DNA of 63,783 bases, filler included, from Methanobacteriota archaeon (GCA_024860865.1; 5 parts of 5 records of this genome joined end to end with filler, not necessarily neighbours in it); one strand, 5' to 3'. Positions 39,687-50,416 are shown, counted from the whole stretch's first letter. Numbers and translations: made by a program. The notes: generated by a model from the letters alone, not told the origin.

Positions 39687-40364
39687 ATGGAAGTTTTTCC
39701 AAATATTTTTAGGATTAGCCATCAAACTGATTCTAACGTTTACTTGATTAAAAGCCAGAAAATTATTTTGATTGATGCTGGTGGTGGACAATTTAATAAA
39801 TTAATGTTGTCTAACATCAAAAAAATTGGAATTTTGCCAAAGGACATTGAATTGATTATCCATACCCATTGTCACTACGACCACATAGCCGGCGACATTT
39901 TCTTTTTAAAAAATACTCCAGCAAAAGCTGCAATACATGAGCTTGATGCGGAACCACTTACAAAGGGTAATGCAATACGAACATTAGCCTCACTGTTCTT
40001 AAGAACACCAGAACCAATAAAAGTTGATCTACTTTTAAAAGATGGTCAAATAATAAATGTTGGGGACTTTGAACTTGAGGTTATTCATACGCCGGGCCAC
40101 TCCCGGGGTAGCATTTGCCTTTATGAAAGGGAACTAAAACTATTGTTTTCGGGCGATACTGTTTTTCCCGGCGGAAGTTTCGGCCGAGCAGATTTGCCTG
40201 GTGGCAACTTTAAGGATTTAGTGAATTCATTATTAAAACTCGCAAAACTTAATGTAATGGTCCTTTTACCTGGACATGGTTCAGTTATTACTGAAAATGG
40301 CAATAATCATATTCGATCGTCATTAGAGATGGCACAATCGCTGCTTGAGGAAGGGCTTATCTAA
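39687..40364 (+). CDS. MBL-fold metallo-hydrolase
   Basis: THCHYDHI, HTPGHS, SGDT, PGHG. Confidence 0.9.
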   Translation: MEVFPNIFRISHQTDSNVYLIKSQKIILIDAGGGQFNKLMLSNIKKIGILPKDIELIIHTHCHYDHIAGDIFFLKNTPAKAAIHELDAEPLTKGNAIRTLASLFLRTPEPIKVDLLLKDGQIINVGDFELEVIHTPGHSRGSICLYERELKLLFSGDTVFPGGSFGRADLPGGNFKDLVNSLLKLAKLNVMVLLPGHGSVITENGNNHIRSSLEMAQSLLEEGLI

Positions 40365-40365
40365 A

Positions 40366-40620
40366 ATGGGGCCTAGAGAAATCCTAAACAAGCTAAAGTG
40401 GCATCCCAAGGAGAAATTTGAGGATTATGAGATTGTTATCCTGCATCGCGGTGCTCCAAAGGATATAAAAATAATTCCTACAAAATTAGTAATTAAACTT
40501 GAGAGATCATTCTTTTATTATAAAGAAAATGAAGAAGAAGTTATGATTCCATATCACAGAATCCTGAAAATCAGAAACATAAAAACTAATAAGGAAATAT
40601 GGGCTAAGCGGGGCATATGA
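40366..40620 (+). CDS. DUF504/MJ1316-family protein
   Basis: REILNKLKWHP, HRGAP, IPYHRI. Confidence 0.85.
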   Translation: MGPREILNKLKWHPKEKFEDYEIVILHRGAPKDIKIIPTKLVIKLERSFFYYKENEEEVMIPYHRILKIRNIKTNKEIWAKRGI

Positions 40621-41414
40621 TGGAAAACGAAGAGTTCAAACCAAAAGTTGGGGACTATATGAGCAAAGATGTAATTACAGTTACCCCAGAAACTACAGTG
40701 AAAGAAATAGCTAACTTAATTATAAGTACAGGGCATGATGGTTTTCCCGTAGTTGAAAATGGCAAAATTATCGGAATAGTTACTTCACGCGATTTAATTC
40801 TCCAGATATCCAATAAAAAAGCAAAAGACATCATGTCAACGAACGTTGTTATAACGTATCCAAATGTTAACATAATTGATGTTGCAAGAGTTATGTTTAG
40901 AATGGGTTTTCAGCGATTGCCAGTTGTTGATGAGGACTACCGGTTGGTTGGGCTGATAACTAATATGGATGTCATTCGCTCAACAATCGAAAGAGCAAAT
41001 CCAATGCGAGTAAAAAGAGTTAAAGAATCAATAGAAAGGATACATGGAGTTAAAGTGGATGTTCAACTTAACAAGGTTAAGATCAATGATCTCAGACCTA
41101 CGCAATCAGTGATTTATACGGATGAGCTCGAGGGTAGAATTTATGAGATTAGAAAGGGCTTAGCTGAACCACTTATTGTTATAAAAACTGGTGGTAGAAC
41201 TGTTCTTGTAGATGGCCATCATCGAGCCATTGCTGCACAGCGCTTAGGTGTTGAGGAAACAGAGGCTTATATTTTAACTCTTAGTAAAGATGTAATACTT
41301 GGGCTTGAAAAAACTGCTGAAAAAGAAGGGTTGAACACATTGGCAGATATTAAAATAGTTGATGAGATCCCACACAAGTTGATTGATATAATAAGCACAC
41401 GGAGGAGAGGATAA
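40617..41414 (+). CDS. CBS pair plus ParB/Srx-like domain protein
   Basis: Two CBS domains; LRPTQ, LVDGHHRA. Confidence 0.88.
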   Translation: MMENEEFKPKVGDYMSKDVITVTPETTVKEIANLIISTGHDGFPVVENGKIIGIVTSRDLILQISNKKAKDIMSTNVVITYPNVNIIDVARVMFRMGFQRLPVVDEDYRLVGLITNMDVIRSTIERANPMRVKRVKESIERIHGVKVDVQLNKVKINDLRPTQSVIYTDELEGRIYEIRKGLAEPLIVIKTGGRTVLVDGHHRAIAAQRLGVEETEAYILTLSKDVILGLEKTAEKEGLNTLADIKIVDEIPHKLIDIISTRRRG

Positions 41415-41415
41415 G

Positions 41416-41703
41416 ATGGTTGGAGCTGAAATTTTAAATGAAGTTTATTCAGTCATTTTGGATAGAAAATTGAACCCTAAACCAGAGTCATACGTTTGTA
41501 GCCTATACAAAGCAGGCGAGGATAAAATATTGGAAAAAATCGGTGAGGAAGCAGTTGAGCTGATTTTGGCCTCTAAAACCAATAGTCAAGATAAAATTGT
41601 TTTTGAAACAGCAGATTTAATATTTCACACCCTTGTGCTTTTTGGGTCTAAAGGAATACCAATAGAGGCAGTTTTTGAAGAGCTTAAGCGAAGGAGAAAA
41701 TAA
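41416..41703 (+). CDS. hisE: Phosphoribosyl-ATP pyrophosphohydrolase
   Basis: KIGEEAVE, ETADLIFH. Confidence 0.93.
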   Translation: MVGAEILNEVYSVILDRKLNPKPESYVCSLYKAGEDKILEKIGEEAVELILASKTNSQDKIVFETADLIFHTLVLFGSKGIPIEAVFEELKRRRK

Positions 41704-42588
41704 TCAGTCGAGAGCAGCAATTCTTCCCAAAATATCAGTTCGAGTTACTAAGCCCTTTAAATTTCCATTTTTGTCTAAAACTATTAATCTGCCCACATCT
41801 TTTTCTTGCATTAATTTAATTGCATTAAAAATCAGAACATCTTGTTCAATACTTATGACATTTTTTGTCATAATCTTTTCAACAGTTCCATCTTCATTGC
41901 CTTCTGCTAAAGCTCTGGCAATATCTGTTAAAGAAACAACTCCAACTACTTTGTTTCCATCTAAAACTGGGGCCCCTCTAATTCTTTTTTCAGATAAAAT
42001 TTTTGCAGCTTCCTTAATCGAGGCTTTAGAATTTAATTTTACCACATCTTTCTTAATAATATCCATTACTCTTTCTTTCGGAATAGATCTCATTTTGAGA
42101 ATTTCAATTAGAACTATATTGCCAATATCATCTCGCCCTATAACCTTGCCTTCGATAATTAACTTGTTAACATGAGTAGGCCCGATCCTGATTATATCTC
42201 CAACATCGACTTGTTTCACATTGCCTAAAACTTTGATTACTGCTTGGCACTCTTCAGGATGTGGAATTGTTGTTAAATCAACTTCAGTAACCATCATGTT
42301 TTCAAGTTTGACTTTGTTTCGGAAAACCGGAATCGGGGCTGCCTTTTCAGTTATTTCAGTTCCAAGCTCTTGGTAAGTTTTGGTTGTTGGGCGATAGCCA
42401 CCCTTTGGACCTGGGACTCCCTCTACTAACCCAAAAATTCTGAGTGCTTGCATTTGGTTTCGGATAGTTCCTGGGTTTTTATTTGTTGCCCCAGCTATGT
42501 CTTCTCCTTTTATCGCTAATCCCTTGCCTCGGTGATATAAGTCAACTAATGCAAGCAAGATTTCTTTCTGGACTGAAGTTAGTGCCAT
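41704..42588 (-). CDS. wHTH plus CBS-domain transcriptional regulator
   Basis: NPGTIRNQMQALR..GVPGPKGGY; C-terminal CBS pair. Confidence 0.88.
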   Translation of the reverse strand: MALTSVQKEILLALVDLYHRGKGLAIKGEDIAGATNKNPGTIRNQMQALRIFGLVEGVPGPKGGYRPTTKTYQELGTEITEKAAPIPVFRNKVKLENMMVTEVDLTTIPHPEECQAVIKVLGNVKQVDVGDIIRIGPTHVNKLIIEGKVIGRDDIGNIVLIEILKMRSIPKERVMDIIKKDVVKLNSKASIKEAAKILSEKRIRGAPVLDGNKVVGVVSLTDIARALAEGNEDGTVEKIMTKNVISIEQDVLIFNAIKLMQEKDVGRLIVLDKNGNLKGLVTRTDILGRIAALD

Positions 42589-42639
42589 TTTTCCACCATT
42601 ACTTACTTAATGATAAATAATGACAATTGGTTTTTATAT

Positions 42640-42852
42640 ACCTTGGGGATTCTGTTGCAAAATAGGCGCTTGAGCGCCAGCAGCTTCTCCTCTTTTGCTC
42701 CTGCCCTTGTTTAAGGGAGCAATCAAAGCTACATTCGAGGAGCGATCCAGCCTGAACCGCAGGCTTTCATTTTGAGTTTTCAAAATATTTAGAGCTGCAT
42801 TTAAATGGCGATTAATTCCGCAACACTCTAAGATTTGAACTTTCGAAAGCAT
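42640..42852 (-). mobile_element. IS200/IS605/IS607-type TnpB 3' remnant with structured right end
   Basis: CCGINRHLNAALNIL resembles C..CG..DRD.NAA.NI; followed by GC-rich hairpins (AGCCTGCGGTTCAGGCT, GGCGCTCAAGCGCC). Confidence 0.7.
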
Positions 42853-43038
42853 TTACGGAATTTAAAAACAGCTTTGTGTCTCAAATAAGTTTAATGATGA
42901 TTTAATTATACTTTTTTCTCATTAGCCATTTATTAGCTCCAATGATTTGGCATTTGACTCCATCTCCAATTGCCTGAAAGGATAATGGGGTAAAAGTCTT
43001 TAAATAATTGTTTGCTTGCTTATTAATCAATAAGAGGG

Positions 43039-43311
43039 TTGGCGATGGAGAAAACGAGCAAAATCCTATTAGAAAAAGAATTAAAGTTTTTCGAATCCAA
43101 GAAGGCAGAGTGGTTACAGAAATACAAGGATAAATTTGCCCTCATCAAAGAGGAAGAACTTATCGATGTGTTCGATACCTTTGGAGATGCATATAAGGAA
43201 GGAGTAAAGAGGTACGGAAACCAGCCCTTTTTTATTAAGAAGATAAGTGAGGAAGAACGGATTGAAACATTTCCCGCACTCACGCTAGGGATTATTCATG
43301 CCAATCTATGA
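43039..43311 (+). CDS. DUF5678-like small protein
   Basis: WLQKYKDKFALIKEEELIDVFDT..AYKEG. Confidence 0.65.
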   Translation: MAMEKTSKILLEKELKFFESKKAEWLQKYKDKFALIKEEELIDVFDTFGDAYKEGVKRYGNQPFFIKKISEEERIETFPALTLGIIHANL

Positions 43312-43730
43312 AATCCGGTCATCTTCAGATATTCTCAAAAGTGCAGGAGCGATCTTGCCAAATATCGAAATCTCCCTACCTCAAATACTTGTGGACGAGT
43401 TAACCAAAAAAGGAATGCCAACACCCAAACCTATTGCCGGGAATGTGCTCATAGACACTGGGGCCTCGGCCAGTGTGGTTGATTTGTCTGTTATTTCCAG
43501 CCTCCAGATAAGCCCTGTTGGAGTTGCAACGGTACTAACAACTGCTGGACCCGTTCAACAGAATTTATTTCCAATGAGGTTTGTGCTTCCAGGACTCGTT
43601 ATCGATGTCAGCGCTGTACTTGGCGCTGATTTGAGGCCTTTCGGCATTGTTAGCCTCTTTGGCCAGATATTCTTAGTTTATTTTTAATGATTTATCATGG
43701 CCGTGCTGGAATGATAACTTTAGCATTCTA
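43298..43730 (+). pseudogene. Retropepsin-like aspartyl protease with 1-nt frameshift near the 3' end
   Basis: LIDTGAS motif; alternative frame after ~43663 gives (GR)DILSLFLMIYHGRAGMITLAF. Confidence 0.65.
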
Positions 43731-43792
43731 GCTGACCGAAATTTTGTTGAAATTAACCTTCAGGGTTCATCAAATTTATAGTTAAATTATCG

Positions 43793-44857
43793 TTAAATAA
43801 GTTTATTTTCAAGATTTATTCCTTTAACTGAAATTTCACCAAACTCCCCTTTCTCACCTTTTATTTCAAACTTTACAGGCAATATTTTCTCTATGACACC
43901 AATATTTGTTAAGCAGTGCTCGGTTATTTTTTCCACAGTTACTTTTGATTCTGAATCACAAAGGGAAAGAAAAACCAAAATCTGATCAGCCATGTATTTG
44001 TCTAAAGCAGCTCCAGATTTTATGCTGTTGATTAGCTCTAAGGCAGCTTCTTCTGCAACTTTCTCTGCAGGCTTTCCTTTCTTACCAATGTTATCAGAAC
44101 CAAGTACTGTATTCTCACATTCTGCCCATAGTGTTATCGACGTACCCGGGGACATTGTGTTGACAGTTTGATATGGGATATCTACCTCTAGAAAGTTACG
44201 ATCAATAAAAAATTTTTTAGCAGCATTAGCTTGTCTAACTGCCACATGCTCGGGCAATGATCCAGCAATAGAAATTCCTTTGATTGATTTAACTTCTCCA
44301 GGTTCGGTTAATTGAATCGAGTTTAATTTTTTAACAGGATAAACAGTAATTTCTACTAATGCCCCACCCTTGGGATAAAATCCCTCTTTAATTATTTTAA
44401 TTTCAGCATTATATCCTATTTTTTTAACAATCGGTAAAAACACATTCTGAGTATATTGTACCGGGGGGCTCCATGTGGAAGCAGTAGATCCGCCTTTAAT
44501 TTTTATTTTAACAATATCATTAGCATATGCGCTAGCAACTTGCAGGCTTTGATATAAAAGACCAATACTTCCAGCTGTTGGTAATTCGATGTTCAATTCT
44601 CTTGCTTTAAGTTTTTCTGGAATGAATTCTATTTCTGTTGAGCCTAATTTTGCACCTTTCACTTCTGCATCACATAATTGAGCTACTGCTAATACTCCCT
44701 CTAGATGCTGACTTTTCAAGCCAGCTCCGCCGGCCCTTGCACCGCGAATATTTATAAATTTAATAGGCTTACCAGTAATTGCAGATAGGCCAAGGCTGGA
44801 ACGAAGTAATTGGCCACCAGCAGTTTTCCCATCTATAATAACCATAAGAATCACCAA
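43793..44857 (-). CDS. rtcA: RNA 3'-terminal phosphate cyclase
   Basis: GGQLLRS, QHL, AGSIGL, GFYPKGG, MADQ, TEHCLTN. Confidence 0.92.
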   Translation of the reverse strand: MVILMVIIDGKTAGGQLLRSSLGLSAITGKPIKFINIRGARAGGAGLKSQHLEGVLAVAQLCDAEVKGAKLGSTEIEFIPEKLKARELNIELPTAGSIGLLYQSLQVASAYANDIVKIKIKGGSTASTWSPPVQYTQNVFLPIVKKIGYNAEIKIIKEGFYPKGGALVEITVYPVKKLNSIQLTEPGEVKSIKGISIAGSLPEHVAVRQANAAKKFFIDRNFLEVDIPYQTVNTMSPGTSITLWAECENTVLGSDNIGKKGKPAEKVAEEAALELINSIKSGAALDKYMADQILVFLSLCDSESKVTVEKITEHCLTNIGVIEKILPVKFEIKGEKGEFGEISVKGINLENKLI

Positions 44858-44936
44858 AACATTTCGTTCTAACTAAGACTTCGATAATAATACTAGAAAA
44901 ACCAATGATATATGTTTAACATAAAATTGGCATTCT

Positions 44937-45097
44937 ATGAAAAATATTAAAGAGAGAGTTTTAGAATTAACTAAGAAAATCCCCAAAGGAAAAGTCACGA
45001 CTTACGGAGAGCTTGCTATCGCTATAGGAAAGCCTAAAGCATATAGATTAATTGGAAAAATTTTGAGCTCTAATCCCTGCCCCAATTCAATTCCTTG
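44937..45097 (+). CDS. MGMT/ATL DNA-binding domain, partial
   Basis: IPKGKVTTYGELA..GKPKAYR..NP...IPC. Confidence 0.85.
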
Positions 45098-45197
45098 NNN
45101 NNNNNNNNNNNNNNNNNNNNNNNNNNNNNNNNNNNNNNNNNTTAATTAATTAANNNNNNNNNNNNNNNNNNNNNNNNNNNNNNNNNNNNNNNNNNNN
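45098..45197. other. Artificial contig linker
   Basis: N/TTAATTAATTAA/N. Confidence 0.99.
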
Positions 45198-45544
45198 AAC
45201 CGTTTTTTCATTTTAGGAACTGGAATTCCTAATTGTTGTAGTCCAACAATTTTAATTGAGCGCTTTTGGTTTTTAAACCAATTTTGGATGACTATACCAT
45301 TAGTCTCAAAATATTTTAAATAATTAGATACTGTCATTGCATTAATCCCTGTTTTTCTGGCAATTTCGTTTACTCCGCATTTTCCATCACATGCCTCATA
45401 AACTAGCAATTTTTCTTGTGTATCTAAAATTTTAGGTATTGCTTCTTTAAGCTGATTGTAGCTGAGGAAATGAAGATAATTGCTTATTTTTTGGAGATAT
45501 TCCAAAAATAATTTATTAAATTCGTTTTCTTGATTTCCTTCCAT
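45198..45544 (-). CDS. wHTH protein, 3'-truncated by contig start
   Basis: VYEACDGKCGVNEIARKTGINAMTVSNYLK. Confidence 0.7.
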
Positions 45545-45845
45545 TCAAATCTCTCACTCATTTTTTCTAGTTTTTAATAAAAATTTCAATTAGTTTTTAA
45601 AAATTAATTTCCAAATTTTGAAACCATTTTTATACATAACATACACAATATCTTTTATGTTTATGTTCATAATTAATTTTTCTTTTCTATAATTTTTGAT
45701 TTTTTTGAATCTAATTTAAATAATAAGTCAAATTAATATTATAAAGAAAAAATATTATATTAATCTATATAATAATTTTATAAAATACTTTTATAAAATA
45801 CATTTTTATTTCAATATTCTATTCTTCTATTCTCATTTTTAGTTA

Positions 45846-46152
45846 GTAGTGGTGACAAAAAGGTTTGACTTTTGACGAAATAGAATAATTTTAAAGAGAG
45901 AATTTCACCGGTCAAATAGCAGATAGAATAGTGGTAACTAGTAGAAGCACGATACAGCCCAAGAGGTAGGGTGTCCCTAGCAACAAGGGACCCCAAAGCA
46001 GCTCTCAGCCCGAAGCAAAAGCAAACTCGTGGTAGCTTTAGCTAATGGCGACCTGCCACTACCGCAGGGAAGTCCAATGCAATAAAACAAGATGACATAG
46101 AGGATTAGCTAGGGTTTAGAGTCGGAACGAGAGAGGACTAAGCTACTATCGT
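45846..46152 (+). ncRNA. Structured RNA B, group IIC intron domain-I-like, ORF-less
   Basis: Multiple stems with plus-strand G-U pairs; hairpin loop CACTAC (46057-62) complementary to GTAGTG (45846-51) directly before GTGAC. Confidence 0.62.
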
Positions 46153-46187
46153 AATTAATAATTAAGATTAGAATTCAAAGAAAAAAA

Positions 46188-46280
46188 TGGTGGGGCCGTC
46201 GAGATTTGAACTCGAGTCTGCCGGTTTCTATGAAAAATCACCCGAGCCGGCAAGGATAGACCAAGCTACCCCACGGCCCC
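46188..46280 (-). tRNA. tRNA-Pro(CGG) with 15-nt intron at 37/38 (46226-46240), CCA encoded
   Basis: GGGGCCG acceptor stem, GCCGG/CCGGC anticodon stem, TTCAAAT T-loop. Confidence 0.95.
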
Positions 46281-46392
46281 TTTTAATCGACAAATGTCGA
46301 ATTACACTTCGAAATATATTTATAGGATTTTTTAGTATCATATGTCAGCTTTTATTCTTTTGATTAATTTATTTATCACTTCTGGGATTTAT

Positions 46393-47100
46393 ATGGGCGA
46401 ATCTTTCATTGAAAGGTTGAAGGAAAAAATGGCAGGAGAAATCGTGCTTTCATTAGACTTTGGAAAGACTCTTCGAAAATGGCGAGAGCTATTTGGAGTA
46501 AGCCAATCTGAATTAGCAAAAAAGTTGAGAGTCTCGCCTTCAGTTATTTCTGATTATGAAGCTCAAAGAAGAAAGTCACCAGGAATATCCTTAGTTAGGA
46601 AAATCATTGAAGCTTTGATTAAAATTGACCAAGAGAAAGGAGGGTCTGTTTTACAGTCTTTGCGTGGCACGACTCTAGAGCATTACTCGAGCGCAATTAT
46701 CGATATGAAGGAATTTTTGATTCCAGTTCGAGCAAAGGAAATTTGTAATGCCTTAAAAAGTGAAGTTGTTGCAAATACTCACTTACTTGAACAAAATGTT
46801 TATGGATATACTGTTGTTGATAGCATCAAAGCCATCCTTGAACTTTCAACTTATGAATTTATTAGAATTTATGGAATAACCTCAAAGCGCGCTCTAATTT
46901 TTACTGGAGTTAGCGTTGGGCGTTCTCCTATGGTTGCTATTAGAGTTACTAATATTAAACCAAGCTTGGTTGTTTTACACGGAACTGATCATGTCGATCA
47001 ATTAGGAATCAAACTAGCTGAGGTCGATAAAATTCCATTAGCAATCTGCAAGTTGCCAAAAGTTGAAAGTATTGTAGAAAACCTTAGGAGGTTTGCTTAA
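46393..47100 (+). CDS. XRE-HTH transcriptional regulator (archaeal, mevalonate-cluster associated)
   Basis: [43 protein letters not shown]. Confidence 0.85.
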   Translation: MGESFIERLKEKMAGEIVLSLDFGKTLRKWRELFGVSQSELAKKLRVSPSVISDYEAQRRKSPGISLVRKIIEALIKIDQEKGGSVLQSLRGTTLEHYSSAIIDMKEFLIPVRAKEICNALKSEVVANTHLLEQNVYGYTVVDSIKAILELSTYEFIRIYGITSKRALIFTGVSVGRSPMVAIRVTNIKPSLVVLHGTDHVDQLGIKLAEVDKIPLAICKLPKVESIVENLRRFA

Positions 47101-48155
47101 TGAAAATAGGTATAGTTGGTTATGGCGTATATATCCCCCACTACCGTATCAAAGTTGAAGAAATTGCTCGAGTATGGGGAAAAAATCCAGAAGCGATAAA
47201 AGATGGATTGCTTATTGAGGAAAAAGCAGTGCCAGGACCAGATGAAGATACTATAACAATCTCTGTTGAAGCAGCTCGATATGCAGTCGCGAGAGCTGGG
47301 ATAGATCCAACTGAAATTGGAGCAATTTATGTAGGATCTGAATCTCATCCATATTCAGTCAAGCCATCTGCAACTACTGTTGCCGAAGCAATCGGAGCAA
47401 CTCCTGCATTAACTGCTGCTGACTATGAATTTGCCTGTAAAGCTGGAACTGCTGCAATTCAGACTTGCATGGGTTTGGTTGGAGCAAAATTGGTCAAATA
47501 TGGAGTTGCAATTGGAGCAGATGTTTCACAAGGTGCTCCGGGAGATGAGCTTGAGTACACTACAGCCGCAGGAGGAGCTGCTTATATCATTGGAGCTGGT
47601 GATAGTTTAATCGCTAATTTTGAAGGATTTTTTTCATTTACAACAGATACTCCAGACTTTTGGAGAAGGGATGGACAACCATATCCAAGGCACGGCGGAA
47701 GATTTACTGGCAAACCAGCTTATTTTAAGCACACAATTTCTGCTGCAAAAGGCTTGATGGAAAAACTTGGAACAACTCCAAAGGATTACAACTACATCGT
47801 GCTTCACCAGCCAAATGGAAAGTTTCCGATTAGAGCAGCTTCAGAACTTGGCTTTAATATGGATCAAATCAAAACAGGGTTGCTATGCCCAAAAATCGGG
47901 AACACTTATTCCGGTTCTTCATTGATTGGATTCGCAAATGTTTTAGATAAAGCAAAACCAGGTGAGAAAATTTTATTAGTTTCATTCGGTTCTGGAGCGG
48001 GCAGCGATGCTTTCAGTGTAGTAGTTGATGATTCAATAGATCAAAAAAGAAACAAGGCGCCCCTCGTTTCGCATTTCCTAAATCCGTGCGTTTATATTGA
48101 TTATGCAATTTACGCAAAATATAAACAAAAGTTTAAGGTGGCCACACTTCCATGA
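47100..48155 (+). CDS. Hydroxymethylglutaryl-CoA synthase
   Basis: [30 protein letters not shown]. Confidence 0.95.
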   Translation: MKIGIVGYGVYIPHYRIKVEEIARVWGKNPEAIKDGLLIEEKAVPGPDEDTITISVEAARYAVARAGIDPTEIGAIYVGSESHPYSVKPSATTVAEAIGATPALTAADYEFACKAGTAAIQTCMGLVGAKLVKYGVAIGADVSQGAPGDELEYTTAAGGAAYIIGAGDSLIANFEGFFSFTTDTPDFWRRDGQPYPRHGGRFTGKPAYFKHTISAAKGLMEKLGTTPKDYNYIVLHQPNGKFPIRAASELGFNMDQIKTGLLCPKIGNTYSGSSLIGFANVLDKAKPGEKILLVSFGSGAGSDAFSVVVDDSIDQKRNKAPLVSHFLNPCVYIDYAIYAKYKQKFKVATLP

Positions 48156-49318
48156 GAGATGTTGCAGTAATCGGGGTTGGCTGCACAAAATTTGATGAGC
48201 TTTGGGATACTGCACTAAGGCAATTAATTGTTGATGCAGGCCGCAAAGCCATTGAGGATGCAGGCATAACTGGTGAAGAAATCGATGCATTGTATATTGG
48301 AAATATGTCAGCCGGTAGATTTGTTGACCAAGAGCACATTGCTTCATTAATATCTGATTATGCCGGCTTGGCAGCAAGTTTTCACACTCCAGCTACTAGA
48401 GTTGAATCCGCTTGTGCATCTGGTGGGGTTGCATTCAGACAGGCCGTAATGGCGATTGCTTCAGGCCTTCATGATATAGTCATTGCAGCTGGAGTCGAAA
48501 AAATGACTGATGTATTGCCAAGTGAAACTACTTTTACTCTTGCAACAGCAGCAGACCAAGAGTGGGAAACCTTCTTTGGAGCAACTTTTCCAAGTTTATA
48601 TGCGATGATGGCTCGCCGGCATATGCATGATTTTGGCACAACAAGGGAACAACTTGCAATGGTGGCAGTAAAAAATCATAAAAATGGTTGTAAAAATCCA
48701 AATGCACAGTTCCAAAAAGAGATTACTATTCAAGATGTATTAGAGTCTCCCATAGTTGCTGATCCTTTAAGGTTGCTTGATTGCTCCCCAATAACTGATG
48801 GCGCAGCAGTTACAGTACTTTGTTCAGCAGATATTGCTAAAAGATATACCGATACTCCTGTTTATGTTGTTGGGTCCGGACATGCTACTGATACTATTGC
48901 TCTTCATGATCGTATTAGCCTGACAACTCTGTATGCTGCAGTTTTTGCTGCACGAAGAGCCTATCAAATGGCCAAGATCGAGCCTAAAGATATTAATGTA
49001 GCAGAAGTGCATGACTGTTTTACAATTGCTGAAATACTTGCAATTGAAGACCTAGGATTTGTTAAAAAAGGAGAAGGGGGAAAAGCCACTGAAGAAGGAC
49101 TAACTGCGATCGGTGGCAAAATTCCGGTAAATCCTAGTGGTGGACTGAAAGCAGCAGGTCATCCGGTTGGAGCAACAGGCATAAAACAAATTGTCGAAAT
49201 TGTGTACCAACTTAGAGAAGAAGCAAATGGCAGACAAGTTAAGGGAGCAGAAATTGGGTTGGCCCATAATGTCGGTGGTTCTGGGGGTTCAGCTGTAATT
49301 CACATTTTAAAGAGGTAG
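48152..49318 (+). CDS. Acetoacetyl-CoA thiolase (archaeal)
   Basis: [26 protein letters not shown]. Confidence 0.95.
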   Translation: MRDVAVIGVGCTKFDELWDTALRQLIVDAGRKAIEDAGITGEEIDALYIGNMSAGRFVDQEHIASLISDYAGLAASFHTPATRVESACASGGVAFRQAVMAIASGLHDIVIAAGVEKMTDVLPSETTFTLATAADQEWETFFGATFPSLYAMMARRHMHDFGTTREQLAMVAVKNHKNGCKNPNAQFQKEITIQDVLESPIVADPLRLLDCSPITDGAAVTVLCSADIAKRYTDTPVYVVGSGHATDTIALHDRISLTTLYAAVFAARRAYQMAKIEPKDINVAEVHDCFTIAEILAIEDLGFVKKGEGGKATEEGLTAIGGKIPVNPSGGLKAAGHPVGATGIKQIVEIVYQLREEANGRQVKGAEIGLAHNVGGSGGSAVIHILKR

Positions 49319-49322
49319 AAAT

Positions 49323-49721
49323 ATGGCAGCGGCAGCAAGATTTTGGCGAAAAATTCCGCAGCGGTATAACTTGATTGGCACTAAGTGCAGCGCATGCAAT
49401 AAAGTCTATTTCCCTCCGAGGTACATTTGCCCAGTTTGCAGAAGAGCTGGTAAGATTGAAGAGTTTAAATTAGATGGGAAAGGAGAGTTGGTAACATATG
49501 CAGTAATTTACATCGCTCCTAGAGGATTTGAAAGTCAAGCCCCGTATATAATTGGAATTGTTGAACTTGATGGTGGAGCAAGAGTTACAACTCAAATTGT
49601 TGATTGTGACCCGAAGGATGTTGAAATTGGGATGCCAGTTAAAGCGGTATTTAGGAAAGTAAACGAAGATGGTGAAAGCGGAGTAATTTATTACGGTTAC
49701 AAATTTACTCCAATGAGATGA
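49323..49721 (+). CDS. DUF35 Zn-ribbon/OB-fold scaffold protein
   Basis: CSACNKVYFPPRYICPVC, YGYKF. Confidence 0.93.
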   Translation: MAAAARFWRKIPQRYNLIGTKCSACNKVYFPPRYICPVCRRAGKIEEFKLDGKGELVTYAVIYIAPRGFESQAPYIIGIVELDGGARVTTQIVDCDPKDVEIGMPVKAVFRKVNEDGESGVIYYGYKFTPMR

Positions 49722-49939
49722 CTTAGTATTATTCATGTAGCTTGAATTAATTTTTACCATCTAAGCCTCGCATGGGCAAAGAATTAAAAAGTTTAAAGCT
49801 TTTTTAGGTTAAAATTAAGCTAAATTTTTCTTGCGCTTTTGCAATTAAATATTTCTTAACTACTCTACTAATTCTGCATATATCAAAGCGTTCTTTAGCA
49901 TTATAATAAGTACTGGTAAAAAGGTAAAATATAATATAT

Positions 49940-50092
49940 ATGAAACGAATACTGGTGAGTCCTCTAGGTGGAGCATGGAAGATTATAGAAAAGAAACTAA
50001 AAGGAAAACTTGGCGATAAAGAATTGGAGTTGGTTAGAAACATTGTTATTGCTTACCTCTCTGAAAAGGGCTACTTTGAGGAAGAAAAATAA
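49940..50092 (+). CDS. Small ribbon-helix-helix (CopG-like) protein, 50 aa
   Basis: MKRILVSPLGGAWKIIEKKLKGKLGDKELELVRNIVIAYLSEKGY; own translation. Confidence 0.65.
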   Translation: MKRILVSPLGGAWKIIEKKLKGKLGDKELELVRNIVIAYLSEKGYFEEEK

Positions 50093-50100
50093 GCGGTAAA

Positions 50101-50283
50101 ATGACTGATGATAAAAGAGAGACCAAAGAATTGAAAGAGGATGTAGAGACCCTCGAAAATATGTTCTCTGCACTAGTAGATATTTTAGAAAAGAAAACAC
50201 TCATTTCCGATAAAGAATTAGATGACCAGGTAAAGAAAAGACTTAAAGAAGGAAAGAAATTTAAGAAATTTGAAGATCTTTGA
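50101..50283 (+). CDS. Small hypothetical protein paired with RHH gene
   Basis: 60-aa ORF ending at attC-like site. Confidence 0.6.
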   Translation: MTDDKRETKELKEDVETLENMFSALVDILEKKTLISDKELDDQVKKRLKEGKKFKKFEDL

Positions 50284-50365
50284 TTAACGTCGTCTGCGGA
50301 TAAACGAAGTTGTGCCGAAGGCACAATTTGGGTGAGTGTAGCGAACCGCATACCCGCTGCTAAGT
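50282..50365 (-). repeat. attC-like site 1
   Basis: Minus strand ACTTAGC...GTTAATC, imperfect palindrome with internal TTCG hairpins. Confidence 0.65.
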
Positions 50366-50416
50366 GACCCCGATAGGGGCAAGGCGCGAAGCACCGCAGA
50401 GTGCCCGCCGCCTAGA

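Noticed and set aside
43793-44857. Functional link of rtcA to the ligD intron
   Set aside because: On a different contig and a widespread housekeeping gene; no positional evidence
46064-46140. RNase P or group I intron reading of RNA B (GGGAAGTCC, GGACTAA)
   Set aside because: RNase P conserved regions are not in order, and GACTA follows rather than precedes AGTCC, the reverse of group I P7
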